Assembly (NCBI GenBank): GCA_021851875.1 | Contig: JAJZQI010000009.1 | Location: forward strand, 40,038 to 104,037 | Length of the DNA stretch: 64,000 nt | Reading direction: 5' to 3' | Source of the DNA: Pseudomonadota bacterium | GTDB lineage: Bacteria; Pseudomonadota; Gammaproteobacteria; Burkholderiales; JAJZQI01 | Part shown: one piece after another, positions 62,051 through 64,000 of the stretch | Layout: each line of letters opens with the position of its first letter | Position numbering within the stretch: position 1 is the first letter of the stretch | The notes under the pieces: generated by a model | Seen by the model: the letters and a program-made list of their open reading frames with translations, nothing else | Told to the model about the DNA's origin: nothing | Database searches by the model: none | Program-made: the position numbers and the translations under genes

Positions 62051-62127
62051 GCAGGACTGGGGTGGAGGGACTGAGGACTATGTGAAAAACCATTTGACCC
62101 GGTTTGGTGTGGGCGGTGAAATTTTTA
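62051..62127. repeat. conserved core of intergenic heptamer element (copy C)
   Basis: Begins directly after the SPOR-gene TAA. AGGACTG GGGTGGA GGGACTG AGGACTA + TGTGAAAAACCATTTGACCCGGTTTGG...GGTGAAATTTTTACAC is about 80-85% identical by eye to 3833..3907. Confidence 0.8.
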
Positions 62128-62257
62128 CACTCCTCACTCCTCACTCCTCACTCCTCACTCCTCACTCCTCACTCCTCACTCCTCACTCCTCACTCCTCAC
62201 TCCTCACTCCTCACTCCTCACTCCTCACTCCTCACTCCTCACTCCTCACTCCTCACT
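62128..62257. repeat. heptanucleotide tandem array, 18x CACTCCT
   Basis: Perfect period 7 from 62128 to 62253, then CACT. The final TCA (62253-62255) is the TGA stop of the minus-strand gene 62253..63635. Confidence 0.95.
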
Positions 62258-63635
62258 TTCCCCAAGGGAACAGCTTGCCGGGGTTGAGGATCAGTTGCGG
62301 ATCGAAGGTCTTTTTGATGTCCCGCATCAGTTGCAGGGTAACCGGGTCGATTTCGCGGTCGACAAAGGCACGCTTTTCGCTGCCGACGCCATGTTCGCCT
62401 GACAGGGTGCCGTGCAGTTGCAGGACCAGCGAGAAAATTTCGTCCAGGCAGGCCTCCGCCCGCAGCATTTCCTGCGGGTCGTCCGGATTGACCAGCAGAT
62501 TGACGTGGATATTGCCGTTGCCGGCATGACCGAAATTGGCGTTGGCGATCTGATGCCGGCTGCTGATGCGTCTGAGGCCGCTCAGCAATTCAGGCAGGCG
62601 CGATACCGGCACCACCACGTCTTCATTGATTTTCTTCGGCGCAATATCGCGCAGCAGCGGTGACAGGGCCTTGCGTGCCGCCCACAGGCGGGCCGTGTCC
62701 GATGCCTCCTGGGCGTTGATCAGACCATCGTTTTGCAATGCCTGCAGGATGGCGGCTGCCGTTGCGGCAAGTTCGTGCGCGCTGCCGTCGATCTCGATCA
62801 TCAGCATGGCTTGCGTGTCGTCCGGCAGCAAACCGGGCTGGCGGCCGCGGATCAGCTGCAGCGAGGCGGCATCGAGCAATTCCAGTGCGCTGGGGATGTG
62901 CGGTTGGGCCATTACGGCAGCAATGGCGCGGGCGCAGCTTTCGATATCGCGGTAGTGGGCGGTGATGCCGCCGGTTTTTTCCGGCAGGGGGGTGAGTTTC
63001 AGCGTGGCTTCGGTAATGACGGCCAGCGTGCCTTCCGAGCCGACCAGCAGCCGGGTCAGGTCATAGCCGACGACACCCTTGGTGGTGTAACAGCCGGTGC
63101 GGATGATGTCGCCCTTGCCGGTAACGGCCTTGAGCCCCAGCACATGGTCGCGCGTGGTGCCGTATTTGACGGCATGCGGGCCGCCGGCGCCGGTGGCCAG
63201 ATTGCCGCCGATGGAGCAGAACGGCGCGCTGGTGGGGTCGGGCGGCCAGAAAAAGCCGTGCGGTTTGGCGCTGTCCTGCACAGTCTGATTCAGTACGCCC
63301 GGCTCCACCACGATGGCGCGATTGGCCGGGTCAACGGTTATGACCCGGTCCATGCGCTCGAGTGACAAAGCAATCCCACCCTGTTCGGGCAGGCTGCCGC
63401 CGGCTGTGCCGGTGCCGCGTCCGCGTGGCGTGACGGGCACGTTGAATTCATTGCACAGGCGCAGAATCTGGCTGATTTCCTCTGCCGTCAGGGCGAAGAC
63501 GACCGCTTGCGGCAGAGTCAGGCGGCGGCTGTTGTCGTAGGCATAGGCCAGGCAGTCGGCCGGATCGGTGAGCACCCGGTCGGCCGGCAGCAGGCGCTGC
63601 AGCCGGATCAGCATGGCGTCGGGCAGGGCGTTCAC
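62253..63635 (-). CDS. FAD-linked oxidase (GlcD / D-lactate dehydrogenase family)
   Basis: FAD-binding PCMH domain (VTPRGRGTGTAGGSLP, GGNLATGAGG) and a C-terminal GEHGVGSEKR motif. Confidence 0.85.
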   Translation of the reverse strand: MNALPDAMLIRLQRLLPADRVLTDPADCLAYAYDNSRRLTLPQAVVFALTAEEISQILRLCNEFNVPVTPRGRGTGTAGGSLPEQGGIALSLERMDRVITVDPANRAIVVEPGVLNQTVQDSAKPHGFFWPPDPTSAPFCSIGGNLATGAGGPHAVKYGTTRDHVLGLKAVTGKGDIIRTGCYTTKGVVGYDLTRLLVGSEGTLAVITEATLKLTPLPEKTGGITAHYRDIESCARAIAAVMAQPHIPSALELLDAASLQLIRGRQPGLLPDDTQAMLMIEIDGSAHELAATAAAILQALQNDGLINAQEASDTARLWAARKALSPLLRDIAPKKINEDVVVPVSRLPELLSGLRRISSRHQIANANFGHAGNGNIHVNLLVNPDDPQEMLRAEACLDEIFSLVLQLHGTLSGEHGVGSEKRAFVDREIDPVTLQLMRDIKKTFDPQLILNPGKLFPWGK

Positions 63636-64000
63636 GCTGTGGCGCGTATGCGCTCAACCAGCGAAGTGGTCGAGCGGTTGACTTCAAACGGGATGGAATG
63701 CACGCTGCCGCCCCAGCCGAGCACTTCCCGGTAGCCGACGATTTTTTCCACCGGCCAGTCGCCGCCCTTGACCAGAATGTCCGGCCGCGTATCGAGAATG
63801 CGCTGCAACGGCGTGTCCTCGTCAAACCAGGTTACCAGCGAGATGGATTCCAGCGCCGCCAGCACGCTCATGCGGTCGTCGAGCAGGTTGAACGGGCGGT
63901 CACCGCCTTTGCCCAAGCGTTTGACCGATGCATCGGTGTTGGCGGCGACGATCAGGCTGGCGCCCAAGGCGCGCGCTTGCGCCAGGTAGGTGACATGGCC
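63632..64000 (-). CDS. D-glycero-beta-D-manno-heptose-1-phosphate adenylyltransferase domain protein (RfaE domain II), 5' end outside window
   Basis: The reading frame is open to the window edge. Motifs GHVTYLAQARALG, LIVAANTDASVKRLGKGGDRP and DILVKGGDW. The stop overlaps the downstream gene start (4-nt overlap). Confidence 0.8.
   Translation of the reverse strand, partial: GHVTYLAQARALGASLIVAANTDASVKRLGKGGDRPFNLLDDRMSVLAALESISLVTWFDEDTPLQRILDTRPDILVKGGDWPVEKIVGYREVLGWGGSVHSIPFEVNRSTTSLVERIRATA

Noticed and set aside
62082-62529. Plus-strand ORFs encoding HSSLLTPHSSLLTP... repeats; also 3803..4033, 43878..44201 and 43903..44529 (SPLTAHRSPLTAHR)
   Set aside because: They are produced by reading through the heptamer arrays, which lack stops on the plus strand. 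They then continue antisense into the convergent gene. There is no RBS and no independent coding signal.

Overview
GC-rich (about 60-65% by eye) chromosomal segment whose gene content and order look betaproteobacterial. Housekeeping synteny includes hemA-prfA, dsbD-aroQ-accB-accC-prmA, hemC-hemD-hemX-hemY, a LytTR two-component pair next to argH, cyaY-lptM-lysA, glnA-ntrB-ntrC and birA-coaX. I call about 65 protein-coding genes. Most six-frame ORFs over 60 aa that are not listed are antisense or out-of-frame artefacts of the high GC content. I found no rRNA, tRNA, CRISPR array, transposase or integrase, and no recognisable multi-gene defence or secretion system other than one BrnT/BrnA toxin-antitoxin cassette. 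The unusual content is mostly repeat architecture. (1) Three convergent intergenic gaps are filled by perfect heptanucleotide arrays of 11, 10 and 18 units that supply the TGA stop of the minus-strand gene; two of them share a roughly 75-nt core. (2) A 121-bp tandem repeat between accB and accC re-creates the accC start twice as stop/start-overlapping 42-codon decoy ORFs. (3) An in-frame 3 x 93-bp repeat sits in the cytoplasmic loop after TM4 of an RND pump, and appears related to a small Ser/Gln/Asn-rich ORF just downstream. Two possible insertions into conserved synteny are also noted. An Mla/MCE-like cluster with a truncated, degenerate ATPase lies between the algR-like gene and hemC. ackA-xfp plus brnTA lie between msrP and msrQ. 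All coordinates and motifs were read by eye, and no database search was possible.
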